A stretch of DNA of 64,000 nucleotides from Camelus dromedarius (Eukaryota), in assembly GCF_036321535.1 (NCBI RefSeq), contig NC_087436.1:35342001-35406000 (forward strand), read 5' to 3'. Position 1 is the first letter of the stretch, and every line of letters starts with the position of its first letter. Under the pieces are notes generated by a model. The model ran no database searches, had not been told where the DNA came from, and was given only the letters and a program-made list of their open reading frames with translations. Below are positions 35,421-48,589 of the stretch, in pieces. The position numbers were made by a program, and so were the translations under genes.

Positions 35421-37644
35421 ATGTTTGCAAGTCAGTGGATTGTAGTCATGTTAATGGCAAACACTTGGTGCCCTCAGAGAAATTTCACATTAATAAAACC
35501 TACAAAGCACATTCTGGTCCTTTGAAGTTGCTCCTAAACATGTAATATTAGCTTGTGAAGCATTAGATGAGGAAATGAGCTCGATAAGGACTCTTGTAGT
35601 AATAGTTCTAAATTGATTATTTCCTTCCCAAAATAAACTTGCCAGGCAGCCCTGTGGGCTTACTTCCGAAGACTTGCTCTGCCCAGGAATTTTATCACAA
35701 GGAAACGAACAGCAAAAACGCAGACACACTGTGATAAGGCACATTCGCCAGATAGTAATACAGTTATGAGATGCTGGCTTTCTAAATGAACTTAAGACCT
35801 CTTGAGTGCTGCCCTGAATTAAATATTCATTAACTTCATCCTACACATGGGGTGAAGAAAGAACAGTGTCCTTTAATGCTATTATATTAACTAGTCGAAC
35901 ACAAAAATTTCTAGTTAAGTATGAAGGAAGGCAAATTCAAGCCTATGTGTATTGTGGTGTGAAAAACATCACACTTAGTCATATGAAAAGATATGTAAAG
36001 AACAATCTTTTAAAAGACGTCCACAGAATACATCCTTAAATTTAACAATACTGTATTTTGGTGTCATTCATCTGCATCTTCTTTTTGAAATCAGAGGCAA
36101 AAAGTCAAATTTTCTATTAATAATTTTAAAACTCTTTATTCTGATCTTTCAGACATGTATCTACATAAAAAATAAATATTTCTTTTAAAAAAAAGAAATA
36201 ATCCTCTTTAGGAAATAGCATTTTCTACATTCCTTGCACTTCTTCGATCAGTATTAGCCACAAAAGAAATAGAATTTGGAACTGGCAATTCTTGTGGTTT
36301 TGGTTTCTATAAAGAAGAGTCTCTTCTTACCCAGAATTATTGTGTGACAAAGTTTACCCTAAGCACATTGTTCCTGCCATTGTTTTCAGACTAATGTATA
36401 AATATTGATTTATATAATTCAGATGGCCTAACTTTCCATCTAAATTTGTAGTTCTTCCCACCATTTATCCTGATCCAAAATTGAATCCAATTTGTTATTA
36501 GGACATTTAGAAAGAACTCTAATAAAAGAACAGAGTTGAGGCAACTGGAATAATTATCATTCTTTTATCTTTTCAGAAAATACATTTATAGCAGTCTAGA
36601 AACATAATTTTAATTATGAAAAACATGTTCAGTAAAATAAGATCTTCTCCCCCAATTCCCATTGAAAAGATTGACAATCACCATGGCATTCTCTTCATTT
36701 TAGCCTTTAAAGAAGCACTTTCACTGAAGATTCATTTCTAGTTCACTATGATGTTATCATTTTTAAGACTCCCCTGGAACTAATATATTCTATGAACTAA
36801 CTTTCAAATGGATGTCTTTTGTATGACTTTCATCCCTCTAGTTTTAACTCCATTTTGTCCATGTTGCATTATTAAATTCCTGTATGTATTCTGGTTCTCT
36901 AAAATCCATTTGCCTCGAGTCTCTGACATGTGTGATGTTTATAACACCTCACGATTTAATACATTTGTTAAATCCACTTATGTGCTACCTTATCTTCCCT
37001 CAAATCATTCTAATAACATTTTTGTATAATCTAGTCTCTATGAATGGGTCTCAATACTCTCCTGAAATATCTTCCACTAGTGTTCTATTTTAAAGTATCG
37101 TGGCTAATATTATTCAACATGATCTCATTTTAGATGCTATTCCCAGGAAATACAATGCTGTGAAAGGTTATCTCATGCTTTTCTACATACACAAAGAGAC
37201 TTTTTGGAAAAAGAAATTTATTTAGAGTTCTAATCTGGAATCTGGAAATTAATGTAATTTTTACTTCTCATTATTGTTTGACTTGGTTCTGCTTACTTAA
37301 CTAGATAATTATATTTAATATTTCATACTCTGAAAGAAAGTAAAGAAGGTTTATCTTTCTTAGGGAGACCACAATCTTTGCTTCAAAGAAAAACTTGAAA
37401 AATGTTCTTGGAGTTGGGTGTAAGAATCCAAGAGAATCCTCAAGCCAAAAAAAAAAAAAGATTCCTAAACTGCTTTCCTTAAATAAAGGAATTGGTTCTG
37501 AAAGGGGAGACAAAGAGAGAGAAAAAGAAAAAGGAAAGTTGAGAATCCTATACCATGGAAAGCAATGGTGAGCAAAGAAACCAGTGAATACAAGGCTACC
37601 AGTAGATGTTTTAGCAGTTTCTTTCTTTAATGAAGGGTAACTGG

Positions 37645-38155
37645 ATATTTTACTGTGATCCAGGGACTATTCTAGGCTCCGGTTATATACAAATGAGCAA
37701 GTAAATAACTACCTCCTCAAGGATCTTCCAATCTTCTGAGGAAGTCACACAATAAACTAGGTAGATAAATGTAGATAGATATAAACAGACAAATGGACAT
37801 AGATGTTAAATACATAGATAGGTTATATTGGCATTAGATACAATGACAACAGTGCTCAGGAGAAAAATTTCAGCACAGAAGGAAATAGAGAGTGTAGGAT
37901 CAGGGGTGGCAAATGTAAACAAAATCATCAAAGAAGTTCTCCCTGAGAAAATGACATTTTAGGGAAGAGATGAAGCAGGTGAGGGAGATACAAATGAAGC
38001 TATCTTGAGGAAGAGCATTTCAAGCAAGGAAAACAAAAGTGCAGTGTATTTAAAGACGGAAGATGCCTGGTGTGTGTCAGGAGTCTGAGGAGACTGGGAG
38101 AGAGGGAGCAGAGCAGTGGGCTCGGAGAGGCGACGAGGGGCCAGATCACTTAAGA
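37645..38155 (-). mobile_element. L2 (L2a-like) fragment
   Basis: 'gggactattctaggctcc', 'tctccctgagaaaatgacatttt', 'gaggaagagcatttcaagcaaggaaaac', 'ggggccagatcac'. Confidence 0.8.
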
Positions 38156-38378
38156 AAGTAGATGTGAATTGGAGCCTGGTCATTTGGTGAACAGGCTTTT
38201 GGTGAGTTAACCTAGATCTGAACTCCACGGGCCAGACTGGGTGCTTGCTGTTACAAGTCTCTTTTATACATGAGGGTCATGGGTAACCATGCTGACATTG
38301 CTTCAGTTTCCGTATTCTGAGGAGCTTCAAAGAGTGTGTGGCCTCTGGGAAGTTCTTATGTTTTGTAAGTGAGATGTG

Positions 38379-38381
<3 letters not shown>

Positions 38382-38409
<28 letters not shown>
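38382..38409. repeat. (AC)n microsatellite, ~14 units
   Basis: Directly visible. Confidence 0.95.
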
Positions 38410-38412
<3 letters not shown>

Positions 38413-40586
38413 TTAATTCCCATTGGTTTCTGCCAGTACTGTTGCTGACTTAATTCACACAATCAATTCTCCAATCTTTGAATATATCTTCACATAGACT
38501 ATCTGTTATCATTTATCTTATTGCCAAAGATGCTTAGTAGATATAATAGGTCAGTTGGTCGTACACACAACTGCAGCCCAGCTCAGTACCACATGCAAAG
38601 AATCATAAACCAGGCCAAATCCCCCGTCAACATGGTGTACAATAGAAAGTACCCTGCAACATATGCATCTCTTTTTTACCTTCCAAATTATCCATCTTAG
38701 GAAGATAAGGAGCAGAGAAAAAAGAAAATCATTCAGAAAGGCTGTTAGAAGAAGTTGGGGGCTAGGACATTCATGCCAGCTACAATGCATCTTCTCAGTA
38801 TAAAAATTGCATATAAACAAAAATAACTATTTTCAATGCAGCTGCTTTGAATTCTCCTTCCTAAATTCAGCATTTATATTTATAAATGTGAATTTATAAA
38901 TGTAAATTTTCACATTCAGTACCTAAGCTTATGTTTGGAAAATGACTAGAATGGTTTTGTAAGAAGTTGTTAGCCTTTTAAACATGTAAAATGCCATTAA
39001 GAAGGCTCTTCCAAGGCAAAATCCTCTACCCAGTAGGTCATTCTCTGTACCCATCAGGTATTCTCTGTACTCCACGTTAATTACTTTTTGATAAGCTACC
39101 CAAGTCTTAAGAAATGAGATTTGAATGGCTATTCCTAAAGCTTAGTACCATCTTGTCACCTTGCTCAGGTTGTGTTCAAGTTAAATATGAGAATTTGTGA
39201 CAGAAAATTCCCAGTGTTCTCTCTTACCCCTGAAACTTTCCCAGCCCTTGCTTTGATACTGAAGTTAAGGAACCCACTGCTTCCTCAAGTACTGTACCCC
39301 TTTCTCTACATAAAAAAACCAAGATTGTCCCCATAGAAATCCAGTGTTGTCAACAAGTGAGGCAGACAGCACAATGGTCCAGAAACATGGCTTTCTCAAC
39401 AGAGCACAAGAGGGCCACTCCCTTGGGCTCCCTGAAACTTTGGGCAGGCAGAGATGAGCACTAAACCAATGTAGTAATTAGGAACTACTTCTTTCAGAGA
39501 GGCACCCCTAGTTACTGTCTGCCCACTGGGGAAATCATTGACAGTCCTATTATGCAAGTACTATGCTGTACCTGATGTGGTCTGAATGTCAACGTGTTGG
39601 CTACACTCTGCTGATTTTTTTTTCCAAAGATGGAGAAGGGGGTGGGAGAGAGAGAGAAAAGAAGAAGAAGACAGAGTCTTTATTCTTGGGCAGGGGGGTG
39701 GGTAATATAGCTTTTTAATAATCCCAGTCCATTAGCATCAGTTTGCAAATAATCTGTTTAGTTTCAAAGTTGATTATCAAAATATTCAGTAAGTACAGCA
39801 TTGCATGCTGTAGACTTCGTTTGGTTTTTTTTTTTTTTTTTTGGAGTCACCCTAAGCCAAAAAAACAAAGTCCACTATTTTGTCTTTTGCAAGGGATCCA
39901 TATGTGCCTATAAATCCCATATTCGGGGTCCACTTCCCAGACTCCTCTATCTTGCCTGGCAGAGAAGCCCCTGGCTGCCTGGTAATCAACATGCACTCCT
40001 GCCATCCTCACCTTGCTGTGCATACTCTCTTCCCTTCCCAGTTTCACAGTTTGGCTATTTTATGTAATTCATTTGAGGGCAGACCTTCCATGCCTTTGGA
40101 TTAATCTGATAAATGATTATATGCTAATGGATTAGGGTTGTGGCTGAAAGTCTCAGTTCATTCACTTAAAAAAATTTAAACTATAACTCTTCATCACAGT
40201 GCATTTCAACGTGACTAGATGTATCCTTTCATTCCTAAACAGATATTTTGTAATGCTGCCTCATTGTTCAAACATTAACTTCAGAGGCAAACACAAACTA
40301 CTTACACACAATTTTTTTAAGTCTATACAATGCATTAAATTAAGCATCATATAAGGAAAATAAGAGAGAATGGTTTATGTAAAGTTGATATAAAGTTGTG
40401 TACTCTGGAAGACATAGTGAAGCAGTTGCTGTGTGGGCCCTGGACTCATGGTGACTGGAGCATCTGTAAGTGCAGGCTGCTAGAGGGAGGCGCTGTTGCT
40501 CCTGATAGCAGTCTTCAAAACGGCGAAGTAGTGACGTTCCAAACAAAACAAGAATTCAGTCTTTTTCTGATTTATCCAGTGGTAGC

Positions 40587-41154
40587 TGTGGCAGACACAC
40601 CCAAGTCGTGTCCCTGTGCAATCTCCTTCCCTGAAAGTGGATGGAACCTGTGAGTGACTTTCCTGCTTCTAAACAACAGATCACAACAAAGGTGATGAGA
40701 CATCAGTCTTGTTGATTATGTTTGACCAGGTGGCCGGGATGAAGAGAATTTTATAAAGATCCCTAATCAGTTAATTTTGAGTGCATCAAAAGAGAAATAT
40801 CCTGAATGGGCCTGGCCTCATCCCGGAGAGCCCTCTCAGTGGGTCTAGAAACTAAAGATGGAAAGCAGCAGAGATGCTGTCTATTGCTGACCTTGAGGAA
40901 GGCAGTGGCTATGACTTCTACAGCTGCATGGGTGTGAATTCTGCCACCAACCACGTGAGCTGAGAAGAGGATCTAGTTTTTAGATGGGCCGACATCTTAA
41001 CTGCAGGCTTGTGAGAGCCTGAACAGGGGATTCTGCTAAGCATGCCCAGACTATTGACCCATGACCCAGCAAAAACTGGGAGATAATAAATATCTGTGAT
41101 GTGAGCTGCTTAAGTGTATGGCAGTTTGTTATGCAGCAATAACAAACAAATGCA
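40587..41154 (+). mobile_element. MLT1E-like MaLR solo LTR
   Basis: 'tgtggcagac...cctaatcagttaattttgagtgcatcaaaagagaaatatcctgaatgggcctg...tgaattctgccaccaaccacgtgagc...gtttgttatgcagcaataacaaacaaatgca'. Confidence 0.88.
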
Positions 41155-41324
41155 GTTACATGCATCATGTATTCAATGTATAATAAAAACAAAATTCTTT
41201 CATGTATATATGCAAAACACACGTGGAGATTCAGATCATTACAGTGTGTTGTTCACTTAAGTAACGTCCAGTGGGACTTTTGAGTGTCAGTCAGAACATA
41301 CGAGAATTCTTTTTTATGTAGAGG

Positions 41325-41450
41325 ATCCCTCTCACTGCAGGATGGCTATACTATTCCAGGGCCCCATCCAGTAACTGCCTATAACACTCCACCAATCACT
41401 GCTAAGGAGGAAAAAAAACTCTTCCAAAACTTTCCAAATTCCCACTGTGG
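41325..41450 (-). mobile_element. MER20-like fragment
   Basis: 'cactgcaggatg...ccagggccccatccagtaactgcctataacactcc...tccaaaactttccaaattccc' resembles the MER20 reverse complement. Confidence 0.4.
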
Positions 41451-43339
41451 AGACTTTATTTTCCTAGGTAAGACCCAAAGGCCTATAAGATATTAACAGA
41501 GTCTGGAGCCAAAGTTCTGCTTCTTAAATATATTTTGGAGTCGGCGGGGTGAGTGTTAAAGACAACTTTAAGAAACTGATGAAAGCATTAGATTCCTTTC
41601 CCCTGGGGGAAAGAAATGAACAGAAAAAAGAGCACCAAGTTTTTCATAAAATTGTGGGGTACTGGATCCCCTGAAGGACATCTCTGAGTCTTTACGAGTG
41701 CGCACTCCTTACCCTATGGATAGAGATTTCAGAGCTGGAATATGAAGATAAGGCAATGCCAAATAGATTGGGGAAGTTTCTTTGTAAATAAAAGACTTAG
41801 AGTCTGTTCTTTAAACAGTTCCCTCCAGATAGAGGGCAAGCTGCTAATCAGCCAGCCAGCCACTAGCTAATAAATCTTCCTCTTTCTAGTTCGTTTGCTG
41901 CCCAGGAGTGATCTGAGAAACTGAGGAAGCTTGAGAAGATTCTTAAAGATAATGAAAGAGTAATTACAATCATCTCTGTTTTACTAAAAGTTTAATTAAA
42001 AACAGTTATACAGAAAACATGTGTTTCTTATCCTTCAGTTGTTTTGTAATCAGCAACAAAAATGTGAAAGTAGCAGCTCAAAAAAATTAAGGAAGCAAGA
42101 ACATTTTAAAGAAAGCAATCTGAGGTGCAGAGTAAAATCTTTGGTGCACAATGTGGGACACAAAAGTGAAAACAATGAAAATAATTCTTAACATTTTTAG
42201 GGACCTTCTTTTTTCATGGTCCTTTATTAGTTTGTTGAATGTATACCCCAGTTCATTGTTCATTTAAATGATCTGATTTTGATTGCAATGATGACATTTG
42301 TTTGAGCTCTTTAGAAATCAAGGAAATTAGACAATATGTATTGCAATTTTTCCCCCAAAAATGTCAGTTGTGTTTTCTTTGTTGACCGATTCTTTTCACC
42401 ATACAGAAGTTTGTTTTGCTTAGTAGTTGAATGGTTTTCTTTGGATTCTCATGGACACTTTATGAATTCTAGGTTCAACAACACTTAAGAAGTCCCACTG
42501 GGACGACTGAGTGAGGCAGAAACACAAAGGCATGATTTTCAGCCCAACAGGGAACAAAGGCCCAGCCATTTTGGCCCCAGAAGGGAGATTGTTGGGATGG
42601 CAAGTCTGACTCCAGCCCACCCTGCCGTATGGGTGCATCACAGTTGTACTTCTTCCTCTGCCCCATTCTGTTTCCCCTACATTCTTTTAATGGTTGTTAA
42701 TCCAGAGACATTGGAACGTGAACTCATTGTGGCATAAGAGTGTGGGTAAGCGTGAGGAGCATCACACAGAAGTAACAGGAGCTACCCTGATGCAGCAGCA
42801 TCGAGATGATGGAAACATCTCAGTTAAATTCAAGCATGATTGTGTTCAAAGACTTCATGGACCCTGGGCATATTAGTTAGGGTAAGTGACACTTCTTGCA
42901 GTAGCCAGTAAACCTCTGGCCCTCCCTTCATTCAGTCTTTACAGAACACACAGTCACTTTGTTTAACTGAAAAATCTTACTGAACCTCTTTCAATAATTT
43001 TCAAAGTTTGTTTCTTACTACAGTGGGTCAGAAGCAATCCTTGACCACTGAACCATCTCCATTTTCTTTAATCTTTCTTTGAAACCCAGCCAATTTTTCT
43101 TTATCACAAATCACCAGAGGCTGCCAACGACAGGCATTACCATAACTATCTGTCAGGCATGTGGTCTGTCTTCTAAGTTATCCACAGGTATCAGTTTTAC
43201 CACATATTTTCCCGTGGCTAAGAGCATTCTCAAGTGATCCTGTTTGCGACATCTTTATTTTTGGAATCTGACTACTAATCCAATCCTAAAAATTTTAGAA
43301 TTTTTATTATTCCAACACTCCACTTCAAGCTACTGATGT

Positions 43340-43758
43340 CTGAGTTAGTTAAGGTAAGTGACCTAATGCTGTTACAGATGAGCTCCCCAATCTCAGTGAC
43401 TGCCCAGTAGTTTATTTCTCACTCCTATGCAGTCACACTGGTTGTTTCAGCTCAGTGGGCAGCTTTGCTCAGAGCCATACAGGGACCAAGACTCCTTCCA
43501 TTTTGTGGTTCTATACTTACTTAGGCCACTAGAATCCTCTGCATCCAGCAGTTAGAAGGGGGAAGAAAATGAGGAATTATGAATGGATAGTTTTTATAGG
43601 CCAGACTTAGAAGTGACAATATCACTTCTATCCACATTCTGTCCCCAAGAAATCAAACACATGGCCACAGGCAAAGGAACCTAAGAAATATAGTGTAGCT
43701 GGATATCCAAGGGAAAGACAAAGTGAGATCTGTGAGCAGCTAGCCAGTCCCTTCCACG
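43340..43758 (-). mobile_element. Old MLT1 (MLT1J/L-like) LTR
   Basis: 'cccaatctcagtgact...gtttatttctcactc...cagggaccaagactccttccattttgtgg...aggccagacttagaagtgacaatatcacttctatccacattc'. Confidence 0.8.
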
Positions 43759-44253
43759 GAGATGGAGCAAGTAAGATGGCTGGCAGCTGTGCTGAGGGCT
43801 GTTCCCTTGGGTGAGAGCAGCTAACAGAACCAGTAATGAGGCCAGTTAGAAATAGGGCATCTACTTTTGAAGAATCCAAGCACAAGACAAAAACCCAAAG
43901 AGTGTCTTCCCTGAAAGCACGAAGAGGAGGCCCTAGAAGATATCACTCTGGTTCTGCTTACTAGCAGAGCAACTTTGCCAGATAAGCAGAAGACACTGTG
44001 CAATGGTGAAGTTCTACTGATTGGGGTCTTGGCTTGCTCTGCATTCCCTCCAGGTTGCCAGGTTGCTGCAAAAGCATCTAATCTCACTTGAGATCTAAGA
44101 AAGGAACCCTCATCTACATTAAAAGGGAGATAATTTAGGAAAAACCTATTAATCTTCTTTTCAGTAAGGATTTCAAGGCAATAAGGAACACATTTTAAAA
44201 GTAAGATCACTGAAAAAAATATTAAGCAAGAAGCACAGAAAGAATTACTTTTT

Positions 44254-44702
44254 TGGATTTTTTTTATTGAAGTATAGTTGATGTACAATGTAAGTTACAA
44301 GTGTACAACATAGTGATTCACAATTTTTAAAGGTTATACTCCATTTATAGTTATAAAATACTGGCTATATTCCCTGAGTTGTATAATATATCCTTATAGC
44401 TTATTTATTTTATAGATAATAGTTTGTACCTCTTAATTGCCTGCACTTCTCTTGTCCCTCCCCCCTTACCTCTCCCCATTGGTAACCGCCAGTTTGTTCT
44501 CTATATCTGTATGTCTATTTCTTTATTGTTATATTCACTAGTGGGTTTTTTTTTTGTATTCTTTAGATTCCATGTATAAATAATATCATACAGTATTTGT
44601 CTTTCCCTGTCTGACTTATTTCACTTAGCGTAGCACCCTCCAAGCCATCCATGTTGTTGCAAATGGCAGCATTTCATTCTTTTTAATGGCTGAGTAGTAT
44701 TC

Positions 44703-44742
<40 letters not shown>

Positions 44743-45038
44743 ACCACATCTTCTTTACTCATATCTGTTGATGGACACTTAGGTTGCTTCCATACCTTGG
44801 CTATTATAAATAATGCTGCTATGAACATTGGGGTTCATGTATCTTTTTGAATTAGTGTTTTTGGTTTTTTTGGATATATACCCAGGAATGGAATTTCTGG
44901 GTCATATGGTAGTGCTATTTTTCGTTTTTTGAGAAACCTCCATACTATTTTCCACAGTGGTTTCACCAATTTACATTCCACCTACAGTATGTGAGGGTTC
45001 CCTTTTCTCCGTATCCTTGCCAACATTTGTTACTTGTG
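44254..45038 (-). mobile_element. 5'-truncated artiodactyl-type L1 3' end (ORF2 C-terminus plus 3' UTR) with an internal (TG)n and a candidate TSD
   Basis: Poly-T then 'ttattgaagtatagttgat'. ORF 44625..44828 'MFIAALFIIAKVWKQPKCPSTD...EYYSAIKKNEMLPFATTW' is the L1 ORF2p C-terminus. TTACTTTTT lies at 44245-44253 and 45039-45047. Confidence 0.93.
44706..44741. repeat. (TG)18 microsatellite inside the L1
   Basis: Directly visible. Confidence 0.95.
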
Positions 45039-45081
45039 TTACTTTTTAAATGATTCATTGGAGGAAATTTTAAAAAATGAT

Positions 45082-45539
45082 TGTATTGGTTAGCTATTCC
45101 TCCTTAGCAATATTCTTACATATATTCTTATTGTCCATGCATCTGCAAATACACTACAATCTGACTGGCCTAGGCTGGGCTCAGCTGGGAAGCTCTTTTT
45201 GTCACTGTATGTCTATTATTTAGCTGGAGTGCCTCTGTCTACATCTTTCTTTTATCCTCCTCAGGGAACCAGCAGGTTATCCATGAATATCACTGGTATA
45301 TTTTTCTCATGGCACTCACAGAGTTGGAAGAGGAAAAGCAGAAACATGTGAGGTCTTCAAGGCCTTGTCTTGAAATACACACTATGACTTTCACTCATAT
45401 ACCATTGGCCAAAGTAGGTCACCTAGCTAAGCCTAGGGGCGAAATGGAGGAAGTACATGCCGTCTATGGTGATGAGGCCATGGCAAGGGAATGATGCAGG
45501 AAGGGGTGAAAGATTGAGCACAATAATGCAATCTATCAA
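45082..45539 (-). mobile_element. MLT1H/I-like MaLR LTR
   Basis: 'tgtattggttagctatt...ggctgggctcagctggga...ccattggccaaagtaggtcacctagctaagcc...ggaaggggtgaaagattg...caatctatca'. Confidence 0.8.
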
Positions 45540-46849
45540 ATTTCTTTCCACAAAAGTCAAGTAACTTAGCTCCAAAACAAAGGACAGAAAAGAGACTGTC
45601 CTCTCTCTTTTCACCAGGGCGTATCCAGATGTTGGTGTCTTACTCTTCATATGTAATGTCTTTAAATCTGTAGATTAGTTCAAAAATTATTTTCTATTAA
45701 TGCTTCTTTTCAGTGTGTGGTTAGTGTATTCAAAGGAATAAGAAAAAGAAGGTCTGGCAAACAGGAAAAAATTAAAATGAGCTGAAAAAGAAAAGGAAAA
45801 AAGTACTGTAAATTATAAATTTTGTAAAACTAATATAATATTAGTTGTAAGAATACAGAGAAAACTCATTAATGTAGAAAGTTAAGTTAGGCCTGGTGAA
45901 CCACTCTGAAGCTCTCTACCAGATTGCAGATGAAATAAAAAGGAAATGAAACAAACAACAGAGAAGATATTAAATTGGAGGGCATGCTGGAATCCATATT
46001 TGATAAATCATTCTTTAAAATAAAACAGAAGAAAATATTGAAAAGAAGCATGAATAGAAAAAAATGGAGTTGAATCTAAAGATTTAAAGAGGTAACATCC
46101 GAGGGGTAAAATACCAACATGTAGCTGTACCCCGATGGAAAAAGTAAGAATTCAACCAGACCAGAGGCTGGAAAGAAATGTAACCTACTATGAAGAACAA
46201 TTCAACTGAAGTAGGACTTCTTCTCTACTGAATTAGACGCTGTAAGAAATGGGCAAACATAACTACAAACGCATCAGGGGAACAAACTTTCAGCCGCATG
46301 TTCTATATTCACTGAAGCTCTGCTTCGTGTGTAAAAAGAACTGAAAAGATATCATCCATATATTTGTCCTGGAAAAGAAAAGCCAGACAGACTACTCAAG
46401 AAAGGAGTATTTCAAGGTATTTCTGTACACAAGAAAGGGAAAGTGATGGTGTAGCAATAGGAGTGAGTATTAGAACTAACATTAAGACATGATATTATAT
46501 TAGAATGTACATTTTAGCAATATTTGAAAGAAAAGTAATTGAGCCATCACATAATATGAAAATAATACTTTAATACTAATATTTTAAGTATTTAATTATA
46601 CTCTAATAAACTGGGTACAAGATCATAGATTATATTTTTAAAAAGCTATAATAGAGAACAGTGTAAGTTTATGACCTTAAATTATAACTCACACAACTTC
46701 AAGCTGAAGAATAAATTACAGAATTACACAAATCAAAAACTGGTTTGAGAAAAAAAGGAAAATGACAGCAGTAGCAGGCTACTTCATCCTACCCCACAGT
46801 CCCTGTTAATTCAAGGAAAACAAAAGTGAATAAAGAGAGAGTAAGTAGA

Positions 46850-47215
46850 GAATCAGTTAGGATGCTCTGACCAGTAACAGAAAGTAGAATTCAAAACAGT
46901 ATGAAAATCAGGGAAAACATTTTACATTTCTTTTTACTTGGTCTTAAATAAGAGGAAATATGAAAGAAATGCAGTGATTCTGTGATGTCAGAAGAGAGCA
47001 AGTTATCTTTAATCTTCTACTCGGCAGTTTTCTCTGTGGCTAAATCCCCTCCTGGTTGCAAGATTAAAATCACACTTACCATCCACACATGCAGACATGG
47101 TCATGTCCTGGGAAAGGAAAAGGATAATTAACCCCTTATTCATCTCTCTCTCTTTTTAACTGAAAAATATTTTATAATCAAAATCTCTCCAGCAGATTTC
47201 TCTTCAACTTACTCA
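46850..47215 (-). mobile_element. Very old MLT1 (K/L/N-like) fragment
   Basis: 'atcagttaggatgctctg..cagtaacagaaa', 'cctcctggttgcaagat', 'tccagcagatttctcttca'. Confidence 0.5.
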
Positions 47216-47269
47216 GTCCATCAGTAGAGAAAACTTACTACCATACAATAAAAATAAAGTAAGCATTCT

Positions 47270-48160
47270 GCTAATGAAGTTAGGAAAATAAAACATAATA
47301 AAGACTAAGAATTAATAAAGATGAACGAAGAAAATACTGATTTTTTAAACTGCAAAACAGCAGAATGATAAATAATCCCCAAATGTATTTTGCTATGTGT
47401 CAAACCCCAGTAATAGAAATGTGTAAATACACAAAATTAAAAATAAAAATGGAGATATAACTAAGGCTGTAGAGCATTTTTTTTTAATTATAAAAGGTAC
47501 ATAACAGCATACATATAATGAAAAAATACAGGAAAAATTAGTTTTCTATTCTACCAGCAATTGTTAGTTTAAAAACACAAGGAGAAAAAGTTCAGAGCAA
47601 CAGGAACTCATAAATTGCAGATAGATGTGGAAAATGGTAAAATCACTTTGGAAATCTGGGATATGTGTGAAGGTGAACATACACATTCCCAGCAACTCCA
47701 CTCCTAAACATGGAGCTAACAGAAATCTGTACACCGAGAGACATAAAAGCATGTTTAGAGCAACATTGTTTGTAGTAGCCCCAAACTGAAAACAACCCAA
47801 ATGCCACCTACAGTAGAACAAACAAACTGTGGTTTATACATATAATGGAAAGAACTATCGCTGAACCCGACAACAAAGCAGAAATATAATGTTGAGCAAA
47901 AGAAGCCAGACACACAAGTATGCATGCTCTCTGACTCCAGTTACATGATGTTCAAAATCAGGCAATAGTGGTTACCCTAGAGGGACTTCACGACTGGAAG
48001 GGGACCTGGGATAGGCATCTGGGGTGCCAGCAATATTCTCTCTCTTTATCGGATGGACATTACCTGAGTATGTCTGTAGAAATTCTTTGAGCTGTACATT
48101 TATTATTTTGCAGATTTCTCCACATATGTTAAACTTAATTTTAAGAAATTACTGAAAAAT
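47270..48160 (+). mobile_element. Old L1 (L1ME-type) ORF2 scrap and 3' end
   Basis: 'aaaatggtaaaatcactttggaaa', 'cccagcaactccactcctaaac', 'ttgtagtagccccaaactgaaaacaacccaaatgcc', 'aatgttgagcaaaagaagccagacaca'. Confidence 0.8.
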
Positions 48161-48167
48161 TTCCAAA

Positions 48168-48390
48168 TGTTGGTTTCAAAATTTTCCACCACTTACTAGG
48201 TGTATTGCCCTTGGAACGATATAAAAGCCACTTCAAGCCTCAGTTTTCCCATTTCTGTATCTAGGATAATGATTGTGCCCTCTTTATATGGTTTTTGTGA
48301 GGAGTAGATAAGATCATTCATGTGAAATGCTCAGCACAGTGTTTGGCGTCTAGTGAGAACTGAGTAATTGACAGTATAATTGAGAATTAT
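48168..48390 (+). mobile_element. MIR SINE
   Basis: 'ggtttcaaa...ccacttactaggtgt...gcctcagttttcccatttctgt...tgtgaggagtagataagatcattcatgtgaaatgctcagcacagtg'. Confidence 0.85.
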
Positions 48391-48589
48391 TAGCAATCTA
48401 TTTATAAAACCTATAAGGAGGAAGGAGTAACATCTTACTAAAGGACTTGAATGACTTGACTATATTCAGAAATTCCATATTTATAGATAAGATGTAGATA
48501 GATGTTTATAGGTGATATTTAATGTGGTTGTAAATAGGGTCAGGAATAGATGGGGATATTTCCTGTTATTAAATAACACATGTGCATAT

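Noticed and set aside
42707..42746. Plus-strand exon candidate (taatccag|...GTGG|gtaagc)
   Set aside because: Weak pyrimidine tract, no partner exons and no recognisable peptide. Such pairs occur by chance.
43821..44288. 155-aa minus-strand ORF
   Set aside because: Starts inside an L1 3' terminus and runs into flanking DNA with no recognisable protein features.
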